Source: a virus
Direction: 5' to 3' (one strand)
IMG/VR virus record: IMGVR_UViG_3300020595_000003
Span: 1-41,593 of that record
DNA: 41,593 bases
This document shows positions 14,069 to 22,293 of the stretch, piece by piece. The notes under the pieces were generated by a model. It ran no database searches, was not told the DNA's origin, and saw only the letters and a program-made list of their open reading frames with translations. Each line of letters begins with the position of its first letter. Within the stretch, counting starts at the first letter, position 1. Made by a program: the position numbers and the translations under genes.

Positions 14069-16540
14069 TTATGCGAAGAAAAACTCGGACTCACGCACCG
14101 CTGTTAAATCCAATTCTCCTTTCTTTGGCAGGGACGGCAATGCTGTTGTCGTTAACAGTTGAGTTTCATCCCGAAACATCGCCAATGGGTCATTATCTAG
14201 GTACAGCTCGATAAACGCTTCGCGCAGACATGCATTAAGCATTGGGACATCGGCAGCATGTGTACCAAAACTGTCATGTATCATTGCAAAGCTGCCAACA
14301 CCGTTTCCAGCAGCTAAGTTGACGGTCATTCTGAGGTGACAGCCGTCATTGGCATGCACCCAATTCGGGCTAATCGAGTTGGCTTGTTTGCGTTTGTCAA
14401 TTTCCTGCAGTTCTTCCCTCAGGCTGACGTAAATCTGTTTGTCGCCAAATTTTGTCTTGATGCGATGTCTGCTTGTGTTTGGATAATGCTGTAGGACGGG
14501 TAATCCATCTAGGGTGGTCCACATCGTTGGGAGGTTTTCCCCCGCAAGAATGCGAGAACATTTTTGAAGCCAATCCATTCCTTCTTTTGCGGCGATAACA
14601 GTTTCATTGATTGAGGCCCAGATGTGGCCAGACAGATAGAGCGATGCCTCCCATTCCTGACCATGTAGGGTGCTGACATAGGACGGGTTTTCTTGACGGC
14701 GCTGGGCATCTGTATCCTTGATATACTCAGCGACGAACGCCCGTGAAGAGTACAGCGTACTACCGTAAACTCTAGTCATAGTGCATCGTTTTGCAGCTTT
14801 GCGCGATAATCCATAGTCCAAGCAAGCCTTTGCCAACGCGCCTTTAGTGCCCTTTAGGTCTACTTTTATCTTTTCTTGTGCGAGGTCGATGACGCGTTGG
14901 TAGATGTCCTCTGGCTGGCTTGATGGTATTAGATTGGTTGCGGTTGCCCCTACAGGGTCACGCAGTGCAGCTGAGAAATGTTGCAGACCTGAGCAGCTAC
15001 CATCTTTGGCGATAGGGATGTGGCTTATGTGGTCATATCCGTCCCGTTGGAAGCCTGCCCATTCCTTGGCAAAAGCGAAAAAACACCACGGACTGTCCGC
15101 TTCTTTGGCCCACCACAGGTCCGCTAGCGGGTCGTTGGCTATCTGCAAGATACGGTCTGTGTTGTCTTCGACCCAATCAATGCGTTCTTCCATGGATACT
15201 TTGTCATAGCCAAAGCAGTTTGCACCGTGGACAGCCAATTCAAACGCAGCCTCATTAGACCCAAGGGGTTTACCTTGAGAAAATTCGAGCAAGCCTTTTG
15301 CAAGGCTATTGCCCTGTGGATTTAAATACATTGGCGCGGGGTACAGCCTTCCTCGAAAATCCATCGTGTGGGGAAAGTAGATTGCATCGAAATCTGCAAA
15401 TTGATTGGCAATGGAAGCAATCTTTGCCGTCATCAGTCGCTTAGATTTAAGGATGATGTTTGCCTCGTGACGCTCTACCTCTTTTCGCTTCCAATCCTTG
15501 AACTTCAGTTTGTCTGCCTCACTCAGTTCTTTGGTTTTTGCGCTGGTCGCTAACGGCGAGGGGATAGGTGGAACCTCTTCATGAGATGGCAATCCAGCAA
15601 CGAGCAATCCAGCACCATTTATGGTCTCAAATATTTCTAATACGGATTTATTTATACGCCACGCAGTTCGTTGGACTGTATTCACCGCGTCATAAACAGG
15701 CTTCATTTGTTCTATGACGCTGCTCAAGTCGCTGAAATAGTTTTTACCCTGCTCATTTCGCTTTATTTTGATAAAGGGCAATCGAGGGGTGTGATAGGTC
15801 ATGTAGCCGCCACCAAATGGGCCTGACCAATCCAGCGGTCGTACGACCATTGGCAAATGTATCGGATTTAAAAGGCTGGCAGCACCTTTGTTTTGTTCAA
15901 TGAAGGCACAGATACTTTCGGTCGGCTTAATGAAAATGTCGGTCTTGTTCTTTTCCCGTTTCACTCGGTGTTCAAATACGAAGCCAGTCGCGTCAATAAA
16001 GAGACTAATCAGAGCCATGCCGACATGTACTTTGTCTGTCTTGGACCATCCCGACCATTTTTCACAGTAGCGGTTGTACGCTGCAACGAGTGTTTGGCGT
16101 TTACGCTTATCTGTGGTGGTGGTTTCACTCTGTATTTTCTTAAACAGATGTGGGTGCTGGTTATCGAAGGAAATATAGCGCAATTCATCTTCGCAAGCTG
16201 TAGCGATGCGGATGGCGGAATCCTGTATTCGTGTTGTGAACATGATTCTATCGATGATTATACGCGCTGTATGGTAGGCGACGACCTCGGGTTTCATTTT
16301 CGAGATATGTTTAAACGCGATGTTTGCGTTTCCAGCCTTTCCTTTCTGCACTTCATTTTGTTTTTGGATGATGAGTTCGGCCATCGGTTCGATAGCGCGT
16401 TTCATGAGGGGTGACCCGAAGTAGGTTGAGGATTGCTCACCTTTCTGTATCTTAGCTGATAGTTCGTTTTCAAACTTCAGCACTGTTTCCACTCGGCACT
16501 GTTTTTCGAGGTTTTCTTGTACTTGGTATAAATCTGTCAT
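14069..16540 (-). CDS. Single-subunit DNA-dependent RNA polymerase (T7 gp1-like)
   Basis: The 823-aa ORF carries DFRGRLYP, DGSCSGLQHFSA, MIHDSFGTH and a C-terminal ESEFFFA (T7: DGSCSGIQHFSA, IHDSFGT, SDFAFA). Confidence 0.95.
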   Translation of the reverse strand: MTDLYQVQENLEKQCRVETVLKFENELSAKIQKGEQSSTYFGSPLMKRAIEPMAELIIQKQNEVQKGKAGNANIAFKHISKMKPEVVAYHTARIIIDRIMFTTRIQDSAIRIATACEDELRYISFDNQHPHLFKKIQSETTTTDKRKRQTLVAAYNRYCEKWSGWSKTDKVHVGMALISLFIDATGFVFEHRVKREKNKTDIFIKPTESICAFIEQNKGAASLLNPIHLPMVVRPLDWSGPFGGGYMTYHTPRLPFIKIKRNEQGKNYFSDLSSVIEQMKPVYDAVNTVQRTAWRINKSVLEIFETINGAGLLVAGLPSHEEVPPIPSPLATSAKTKELSEADKLKFKDWKRKEVERHEANIILKSKRLMTAKIASIANQFADFDAIYFPHTMDFRGRLYPAPMYLNPQGNSLAKGLLEFSQGKPLGSNEAAFELAVHGANCFGYDKVSMEERIDWVEDNTDRILQIANDPLADLWWAKEADSPWCFFAFAKEWAGFQRDGYDHISHIPIAKDGSCSGLQHFSAALRDPVGATATNLIPSSQPEDIYQRVIDLAQEKIKVDLKGTKGALAKACLDYGLSRKAAKRCTMTRVYGSTLYSSRAFVAEYIKDTDAQRRQENPSYVSTLHGQEWEASLYLSGHIWASINETVIAAKEGMDWLQKCSRILAGENLPTMWTTLDGLPVLQHYPNTSRHRIKTKFGDKQIYVSLREELQEIDKRKQANSISPNWVHANDGCHLRMTVNLAAGNGVGSFAMIHDSFGTHAADVPMLNACLREAFIELYLDNDPLAMFRDETQLLTTTALPSLPKKGELDLTAVRESEFFFA

Positions 16541-16763
16541 GCATGTCCTTTAGGTTGTGGATGCGTTGATTAGGTGAGGGGTCATGAACGTCCCCTTTGG
16601 TGAGTAGATGATATGATATATAGACTTACTTTTGATTTTTAATAGATGAGTTAGGTGCGGCAATGCGCCCCGCAACTGTTACCGAAAATGAAATCAATCA
16701 ACTGAATACGGGTTTTCTCTTATGAAATCGGTCAACGGACGGTAATCGGATTCCTATATACCT

Positions 16764-16792
16764 TTGACAAAGTATCCTCATGGACTCAGAAT
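16764..16792 (+). promoter_or_regulatory. Sigma70-like promoter for the plus-strand integrase (TTGACA-N17-CAGAAT)
   Basis: A perfect -35 hexamer, a 17-nt spacer and a 4/6 -10 hexamer lie about 25 nt upstream of the GAGGA SD and the ATG. Confidence 0.4.
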
Positions 16793-16812
16793 CGAGGTCT
16801 TAACTAGAGGAG

Positions 16813-17778
16813 ATGACTATGAAGTTAGTCTTATTTTGGAGGGGTGAATCGGCTTATGTCCGTGGAACGACCCCCGACGGTAAGCGAATAAGGGAACCTT
16901 TGAAGACGAAGGACAAAAAGCGAGCCGAAGAGTTACGAGCGGCAATGGAAGCCCGAATTTGGAAGGAACACCTGTACGGTCCAGAAGCGGTTATGACCTT
17001 TAAGGAAGCTGCAGAGCATTACATTGCAGACGGTGGTGACTCACGCTTTTTAAATAAGGTCCCAGATGGTTTTTCACAGACCACTCTGGGTAAAATTGTA
17101 CCAATGGCTGTAAGGAAAGCTGCCAAAGAGGCTTATCCAAACCACGCTGCAGCAACCTTGAACCGTCAAGCAATTACACCCATCAGAGCAGTCATTAACT
17201 ATGCGCATCAGCAAGGTTGGTGTGCGCCTATCAAGGTAAAGGCTTTTCCTACCGTGAAGCCTAAACGTAAGGCTGTGGATGTAGACTACCTTATCGCTCT
17301 GAAGCCAGAGTTACCGTCCAACCTGTTTGCGATGCTGCTCTTTTTGCACACGACGGGGCGGCGTATCGGTGAAGCTATTTCGTTAACGCCTGATGATGTG
17401 CGAGAGGGGGTCGCGCATATACAAAAGACAAAGAATGGGGAGCCAGCAAAAGCTACGTTAGTCCCCGTACTGGTTAAGATGCTGGAGGGGCTACCTGCCA
17501 AGCATGGTCGCGTGTTCGGTTACACAGACCGACACAACATCTACAGCACTCTTAAAAGAGCCTGTGTTCGGGCTGGAGTCGAATACCTCGGGACGCATCA
17601 AGTTGGACGTCATTCTTTTGCAACTGCATTGGAGAGAGAAGGGTGGTCTAGCAAAGCGATTGCGGATGCTGGCGGCTGGAAATCAGTACGCTTAGTAGAC
17701 GAAACCTATATCCACACAGACAATGCTGCGGGCCGTGCATCAGACATGATTGGCACAAAATTAGCGCATGCATTTTAA
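16813..17778 (+). CDS. int: Tyrosine integrase 1 (opposite strand to the phage core genes; start may be the ATG at 16819)
   Basis: The catalytic pattern is Arg in TTGRRIGEA, HxxR-type GRHSFATAL, and GGWKS...ETYIHT (Tyr). An N-terminal SAM-like region is present. Confidence 0.85.
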   Translation: MTMKLVLFWRGESAYVRGTTPDGKRIREPLKTKDKKRAEELRAAMEARIWKEHLYGPEAVMTFKEAAEHYIADGGDSRFLNKVPDGFSQTTLGKIVPMAVRKAAKEAYPNHAAATLNRQAITPIRAVINYAHQQGWCAPIKVKAFPTVKPKRKAVDVDYLIALKPELPSNLFAMLLFLHTTGRRIGEAISLTPDDVREGVAHIQKTKNGEPAKATLVPVLVKMLEGLPAKHGRVFGYTDRHNIYSTLKRACVRAGVEYLGTHQVGRHSFATALEREGWSSKAIADAGGWKSVRLVDETYIHTDNAAGRASDMIGTKLAHAF

Positions 17779-17818
17779 TAACTAATTGAAACTAATGCAT
17801 AAAATAACCATCTGGTTA

Positions 17819-17878
17819 CCCTGCTAAGGGAGTAGGCCCGTGAGGGTCTCGAGGGTTCGAATCCCTTCGTCTCTGCCA
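17819..17878 (+). other. tRNA-Ser(GCU)-like 3' fragment (anticodon loop to CCA); candidate attP core
   Basis: The sequence is CC-CTGCTAA-GGGAG, then a variable arm AGGCCC-GTGA-GGGTCT, a T arm GAGGG-TTCGAAT-CCCTT, an acceptor 3' strand CGTCTCT and G-CCA. No complementary 5' acceptor strand or D arm lies upstream. The CCTGCTAAGGGAGT segment matches the E. coli tRNA-Ser(GCU) anticodon arm as I recall it. Confidence 0.7.
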
Positions 17879-17905
17879 GATTTCGCTGTATTTACAGTAA
17901 CTTAA

Positions 17906-17936
17906 GGCTCCTCTTCGTGAGGGGCCTTTTGCTTTT
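17906..17936 (+). terminator. Intrinsic terminator downstream of the tRNA fragment and integrase 1
   Basis: GGCTCCTC-TTCGT-GAGGGGCC forms an 8-bp stem with one G-U pair, followed by TTTTGCTTTT. Confidence 0.65.
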
Positions 17937-17970
17937 CTAGGGGATGCTACGTGAAAAATAGTAGGCTCAT

Positions 17971-18024
17971 TTGGCACACTTCTGACACAGTTTGGCACAC
18001 TTCTGGCACACTTTTGGCACAGAT
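17971..18024. repeat. Five tandem, helically phased 10-11-bp repeats (YTGRCACA core)
   Basis: The units are TTGGCACACTT / CTGACACAGT / TTGGCACACTT / CTGGCACACTT / TTGGCACAGAT, starting at 17971, 17982, 17992, 18003 and 18014. A further TTGGCACA lies at 17750-17757 on the other side of the tRNA fragment. Confidence 0.85.
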
Positions 18025-18032
18025 TTTTAGGT

Positions 18033-19076
18033 TTACGGCTGGTTCACACGTAGGGAAACTAGACGTTCTGCTGCGTCATCCATGCGCTCTGGTATGAAGT
18101 GAGAATATCTTTGGGTTATCTCTAGCGTGGAATGACCCATCCATTCCATGACTGTCCTTAAGTCAGTGCCTGCAGAAATCAAACGTGTGCAGCAGGTGTG
18201 ACGTAGAGCATGAACTACAAACTGGTTGTCATCCTTTAGTCCTATCGCGGTTCTCATGGTTACCCAAGTTCGACCAAAGTGGCGTTCTGCGATGTGACCA
18301 AATACTTTCTGGTCGTGGCGTGGGATATTGTGCTGGCGGAGTTTGAGACGGCTTAAAATCTCAAGAACCATCGGTGTAGCATTAATTGTTCTGGGCGAGT
18401 TTGACTTGGTCTCCCATAGCGTGATGCGTTTTCTGCCGAGGTCTATGTCTGACCATTTCAGTTCAAGCGCCTCAGTCTTACGAAAGCCCGTTTCGATATA
18501 GAACAGCATTAAGTCCCTATAGTCGTCGTGGTTGTTCTTTTCGAACCAATCAACAGCCTGATGTTCTTCTTGTTCAGTGAGGAACCTTATCCGTCCGTTT
18601 GTCGCAGTCAGGCTTTTCATGCGGGTTGGTTCATTAACCATCTGACCGCGTTCAAAGGCGTCTGTCATTGCACCGTAAAGTATCGACCCAACATAATTGA
18701 TGGTGGTGTTGGCCCACTGACTGTCTGTCATAGAATCTTGAAACAGATGAACCCGCGCCGAGGTGATACCGTCCAGCTTTGTGGTCGGACCAAAGAAGTC
18801 GATGATGGTCTGCTTGTACCAATCGAATGTCTTCGTGGATGTCTTCTTTGAGGTGCTGGTGGATACTCTGCGCTGGATGTAAGCGGTGAGGGCGTCTGTG
18901 ATTGAAATACTGTTCTGGGGCGAAGCCGATTTGTACTGACCAGCCTTCATCAGCTTTTTGAGGGCAATCGCGTCCTCTAAACTATCAGTCGTCCCATTGA
19001 GGCGTTTACCTGCCAACATGGTTTGCACGGCAAACTTACCGTTAGACTTCTCTATGATGCCCTTGGGTATCTTCAC
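18033..19076 (-). CDS. int: Tyrosine integrase 2 (same strand as the phage core genes)
   Basis: The catalytic pattern is Arg in ETGFRKTEAL, VHALRHTCCT (HxLRH) and GHSTLEITQRYSH (His, Tyr). The GTG start overlaps the TGA of the upstream gene (GTGA). Confidence 0.85.
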   Translation of the reverse strand: MKIPKGIIEKSNGKFAVQTMLAGKRLNGTTDSLEDAIALKKLMKAGQYKSASPQNSISITDALTAYIQRRVSTSTSKKTSTKTFDWYKQTIIDFFGPTTKLDGITSARVHLFQDSMTDSQWANTTINYVGSILYGAMTDAFERGQMVNEPTRMKSLTATNGRIRFLTEQEEHQAVDWFEKNNHDDYRDLMLFYIETGFRKTEALELKWSDIDLGRKRITLWETKSNSPRTINATPMVLEILSRLKLRQHNIPRHDQKVFGHIAERHFGRTWVTMRTAIGLKDDNQFVVHALRHTCCTRLISAGTDLRTVMEWMGHSTLEITQRYSHFIPERMDDAAERLVSLRVNQP

Positions 19077-20254
19077 TCTAAGTCATCCTGAAGCATATCT
19101 CGGATTTCCTGCTGTTCAAGCAAAGCCTCTGTTCTTGCTTTTTGTTCGGGTGTCTTCGACGCGTCTCGCAGTTCTGCTTTGAGCGATTCAACTTCATCAA
19201 GTAGCGTTAACTCGGCTGCGGTCAGGCTTTGTATATGTTTAGCGTTCCGAAGTTGTTCCTGCATCATAACCCACTGCGCATTCAAATGTGGCGTTTCAAA
19301 TATGTGTTCTGAGTCGAATTGTTTTTGAAATTTTCGAAGCTGGTCTTCAGCTTCTGCTATTTCCTCATTCGCGTGAGCTATCTCAGCTTCCAGCTTACCC
19401 CGTCTCGTTTTGGGGGTGGGGGTGAGCATGCTTTCGTATTCTGCATCACTTGCAGATTTGAGATATTCCACCACATCGGCCATGCTCTGCTGCTGCCAGT
19501 CATCGGCCATTTGGTCTAACTCGTCTTTCGGCGTACGTTCACGAAGACGCTTCAAAAGTACCTTATAGGTTACAATACCTCTGTCAGTCCTAACGTAACC
19601 TGCGCCTACTTCAATTTTCCCTGCGTCTGGTTGTCCAGCTGCCAAGACTGCGCGGAGGTCTGTTTTGAGGTAAAACGCTTGCCGTTTCTGCTCTGCTTTT
19701 TGGACTTTCCCAGCTAAACCTTCGGCTTCAACGCCTACCGCTTCTACATTCACATTCATTGATGCTTTTGCGACAATGGGTGCGCCAGCAAGAAGACTCT
19801 CTGCACCCATCAGAACTTCACGTTCTTTTGCCTTCTCATCAATGTTAGCTTTCATAGCTTTGCTTGCAGCTTGATAGGCGAAGTCGTTTTTCTCTTCTGA
19901 AAAGCAGGGTGATAGTTTGTCAAAAAGCGCAAGACCTTTTTCGGTAAGGTGAACTATTCTTTGACGTCTATCTTGCAGGTCTTGCTTGAGTGTAATCCAG
20001 CCTACGTTTTGCAGCGCAACAGCTATACGCTGCATCTTCGCTTGCTTGTGACCCAGAGCCTCTTGCAAGTTCAGTAATGGAATCCCGTCTTGGTCGCGAT
20101 GTGCCATAAGAAATAAGAAAGCCTCCATGTGCAAAATGGAGACCTTCTCTTTGCTTAAACCGCCGCTACTGTTGTACGCGGTCGCAAAAGCCTTAACAAA
20201 GTTTAACCCGTTTAAGGCGTTATTCTGTTCGTCGCTCACGTCGATACCTAACAT
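19073..20254 (-). CDS. MarR-type winged-helix domain fused to a long coiled-coil region; candidate lysogeny or recombination-directionality regulator
   Basis: Over roughly the first 115 aa, LHMEAFLFLMAH....LLNLQEALGHKQAKMQRIAVALQNVGWITLKQDLQDRRQRIVHLTEKG fits the MarR wHTH pattern. The C-terminal 150 aa is heptad-like and E/K/Q-rich. The gene is translationally coupled to integrase 2. Confidence 0.55.
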   Translation of the reverse strand: MLGIDVSDEQNNALNGLNFVKAFATAYNSSGGLSKEKVSILHMEAFLFLMAHRDQDGIPLLNLQEALGHKQAKMQRIAVALQNVGWITLKQDLQDRRQRIVHLTEKGLALFDKLSPCFSEEKNDFAYQAASKAMKANIDEKAKEREVLMGAESLLAGAPIVAKASMNVNVEAVGVEAEGLAGKVQKAEQKRQAFYLKTDLRAVLAAGQPDAGKIEVGAGYVRTDRGIVTYKVLLKRLRERTPKDELDQMADDWQQQSMADVVEYLKSASDAEYESMLTPTPKTRRGKLEAEIAHANEEIAEAEDQLRKFQKQFDSEHIFETPHLNAQWVMMQEQLRNAKHIQSLTAAELTLLDEVESLKAELRDASKTPEQKARTEALLEQQEIRDMLQDDLE

Positions 20255-20257
20255 TAT

Positions 20258-20297
20258 TGATTTAAAATCAGTTCTGATTACATTATCTTAATGTCAA
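20258..20297 (-). promoter_or_regulatory. Two palindromes plus a TTGACA hexamer upstream of the MarR-like/integrase 2 operon
   Basis: TGATTTAAAATCA (20258-20270) is a perfect 6+1+6 palindrome. ACATTA-TCT-TAATGT spans 20280-20294. A minus-strand TTGACA at 20297-20292 overlaps the second palindrome. No convincing -10 hexamer was found. Confidence 0.35.
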
Positions 20298-20315
20298 GAA
20301 ATTGCAAGGTATTTT

Positions 20316-20489
20316 TCACGACTGCTTCAACCGCTGAAGGATTTTGGCAAAAGTATTACAGGCTTTATCCATGTCCGCAGCCACCTCATGCTCATGATAA
20401 ACATCGCGCAAAAAGTCAGCCATGCCCTCCATATCGTAGAGGACATCATCAAGTTCCATCGCCTCCGCGGCGTCAATCTTAACCATCAT
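20316..20489 (-). CDS. Small acidic early protein (57 aa from the ATG at 20489)
   Basis: An ATGA start/stop overlap joins it to the upstream ORF. No motif was recognised. Confidence 0.45.
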   Translation of the reverse strand: MMVKIDAAEAMELDDVLYDMEGMADFLRDVYHEHEVAADMDKACNTFAKILQRLKQS

Positions 20490-20839
20490 GAGCGTCGCGC
20501 CCAATAAAGGTCGCTAGTCGCCATCTGGAACCCTGCAGGGTCTGTGTCATAGCTTTCGCTTACTGATAGTTCATTCCAACTAGCTGTCACGACGCCCTCG
20601 TAAGTGTCATGGACTAGCTTGATGCCATGAGAGCCGTAGAAGATGACCTTCGCGCCCAATGATGTCCGTGCATCCCAAGTCGTGATGTGATGCAAATCAT
20701 CAGCAGATAAAATTTCTTCCATGCTATCGGTCTTGTGGTCTTCGATGCGGCTTAGCGTTTCATGGACCAATTGCGTCAGGGTAGCTTCGCGCTCTTCACT
20801 GGACATCACCATCGGCTGTTTCATTCGAGTGTTTCTCAT
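20486..20839 (-). CDS. Early hypothetical protein (117 aa from the ATG at 20839)
   Basis: An AAGGA SD lies 8 nt upstream of the ATG at 20839. The track start further upstream is a GTG with no SD. Confidence 0.5.
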   Translation of the reverse strand: MRNTRMKQPMVMSSEEREATLTQLVHETLSRIEDHKTDSMEEILSADDLHHITTWDARTSLGAKVIFYGSHGIKLVHDTYEGVVTASWNELSVSESYDTDPAGFQMATSDLYWARRS

Positions 20840-20894
20840 ATGCAAATTCCTTTTTGCGAGTTGGGGTTTCACAGGTCTTATGGCCTATGGGATG

Positions 20895-20920
20895 CCAGCA
20901 GTGGGGCAGGAGGCTGCTGG
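20895..20920 (-). other. Intergenic hairpin (CCAGCAG-12nt-CTGCTGG) without a U-tract
   Basis: A perfect 7-bp stem lies in the 96-nt gap between two early genes. It may be an RNA processing or stability element. Confidence 0.3.
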
Positions 20921-20935
20921 ACACCAATAGGTCAG

Positions 20936-21130
20936 TCAGTAGGTGGCTTCGTCGTGATAGAAGACCTTCATGCGTGGTCGCATTTGGCAGATGTCGCCGT
21001 TCGCCTTGGTGATGTGCATACAGCGTGACCTGCTGTCGTAGCCGTCGAGGTAGAATGAGACACCGTCGCGAGACGTACGGAACTTGGAGCCAATCTGTAG
21101 GTTAGCCAGTTGTGTGATTTGGATGGTCAT
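20936..21130 (-). CDS. Early hypothetical protein (64 aa)
   Basis: A strong AAGGAGG SD lies 7 nt upstream of the ATG. Confidence 0.55.
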   Translation of the reverse strand: MTIQITQLANLQIGSKFRTSRDGVSFYLDGYDSRSRCMHITKANGDICQMRPRMKVFYHDEATY

Positions 21131-21142
21131 CGGGTTTCCTCC

Positions 21143-21535
21143 TTAGCAGTGAAACAGTTCAGAGATTGCATCTGCGACGCCCATTGGGTCGTCGTGAAAG
21201 GACGCTCGAGCAGTCTCACCGCCCCAGTATCCCTCGACCTCGCCGCGCTTGGTATCGATCCAGATGTTGGGACCACCAAAGGCAACCAAGATACGCGCCC
21301 CGAGATACGTCTTGTCGCTTGCAACGTAATATTCGATGTCCAAGGCGTCCTCTAAGTAGTCATAGCCACTCAATGTTTGGAATTTCATCACCTCACCACA
21401 ATCAGGGCAGGGAGTTTCATCCTCTTCGAAGTCTACCGCATGAAACTCGTCACAGTGGTCGCAGTAGGGTTGTCCTGCGCCGTCGTGAATATCGGCTGCG
21501 ATAGCTTTTACGTGGTGTTGTAGTTGCGTATTCAT
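21143..21535 (-). CDS. Early zinc-ribbon protein (130 aa from the ATG at 21535)
   Basis: CDHC...(17 aa)...CPDC forms a Cys4 pattern. A GAAGGA SD precedes the ATG at 21535. The longer track ORF (174 aa) has no SD. Confidence 0.55.
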   Translation of the reverse strand: MNTQLQHHVKAIAADIHDGAGQPYCDHCDEFHAVDFEEDETPCPDCGEVMKFQTLSGYDYLEDALDIEYYVASDKTYLGARILVAFGGPNIWIDTKRGEVEGYWGGETARASFHDDPMGVADAISELFHC

Positions 21536-21593
21536 GGTGTTGGTTCCTTCTGTTTTCAGTCCGTGACTAATGTATTTAAAATCAAAAAAGAGT

Positions 21594-21857
21594 TTATTTG
21601 TGCAAGCTGGGAACAGTTGTGACGACAGGCTGCACCATCCCAAGGATGTCATCTGGAACGAAAACAACTGAGTTGCTGAAGTGGTAGAGTGTGCCGTCGG
21701 TTTCTTCGAATGAACCGCGAGTATCGATTGGCATCATGCGTGTCGTTCTGTGGCCGTCTAGCTCTGGGTAGTACAGGTCGATATTGTCTGCTCGTGCTGA
21801 CTCAAGGAAGAAGTCTAGTTCGTCAGCTTCGAATTGTGCGTTCTTGTGGTAACCCAT
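21594..21857 (-). CDS. First early hypothetical protein (87 aa)
   Basis: A GAGGA SD is present. It is the first minus-strand ORF after the control region. Confidence 0.5.
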   Translation of the reverse strand: MGYHKNAQFEADELDFFLESARADNIDLYYPELDGHRTTRMMPIDTRGSFEETDGTLYHFSNSVVFVPDDILGMVQPVVTTVPSLHK

Positions 21858-21926
21858 GTGGTTTGTCCTCGTGTTGACTGCAGGTGTCGGAGGTGACCCT
21901 GTGTGGATATTTCTAGAACACTTTTG

Positions 21927-21953
21927 ATTTTATGTAAATGAGTAAAATGGCAA
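21927..21953 (-). promoter_or_regulatory. Possible sigma70-like early promoter (TTGCCA-N15-TAAAAT on the minus strand)
   Basis: Both hexamers match 5/6 but the spacer is short (15 nt). It lies about 70 nt upstream of the first early gene. Confidence 0.25.
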
Positions 21954-22281
21954 TTACGTGCAGATTTGTTGCAAGTCGTATTATTTATCGTTCATTTACA
22001 GCACGTTACACAGCTCATTTATTTAAAATTACCGATGATTTTATGTACCGTCTGCTCAATTTGCAAAACGATAGAGTAAAGAAAGAGAGCCAAAACAAGC
22101 CGACGAAACGTAGAGATTCTGCACTGATTTGGCTGGTAACAGTTGTTTTAACTGTCACAAATGACCCCGCCACCCCTTGTTTGTATGGATATAGAGAGGG
22201 GTGACGGTAAAATTGGCGGTAAAACAGTGGTTTCTGTGTCGCTTTGAGCCAAAGGCGGAGGGGGGACGTTTCGCTTGAGGT

Positions 22282-22293
22282 ATATACGTATAT
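22282..22293. repeat. Perfect 12-bp palindrome ATATACGTATAT with G/C-rich flanks (GAGG...CCCCTC)
   Basis: Read directly from the sequence in the control region. Confidence 0.6.

Noticed and set aside
13996-14214. 72-aa plus-strand ORF (and the nested ATG at 14071) downstream of the 25-nt element in plus orientation
   Set aside because: It overlaps the highly conserved RNAP C-terminus (..ESEFFFA) in antisense and has no SD. It is kept only as a caveat on promoter orientation.
17780-17880. Possible complete tRNA gene
   Set aside because: Only the anticodon loop, variable arm, T arm, acceptor 3' strand and CCA are present. No sequence complementary to CGTCTCT and no D arm lies upstream, so it is treated as a 3' fragment.
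17816-17998. 60-aa minus-strand ORF
   Set aside because: It covers the tRNA-derived fragment, the terminator hairpin and the 11-bp repeats, so the region is better explained as non-coding att or regulatory DNA.
17971-18024. Possible CRISPR or mini-array
   Set aside because: The units are 10-11 bp and contiguous with no spacers. No cas genes are present.
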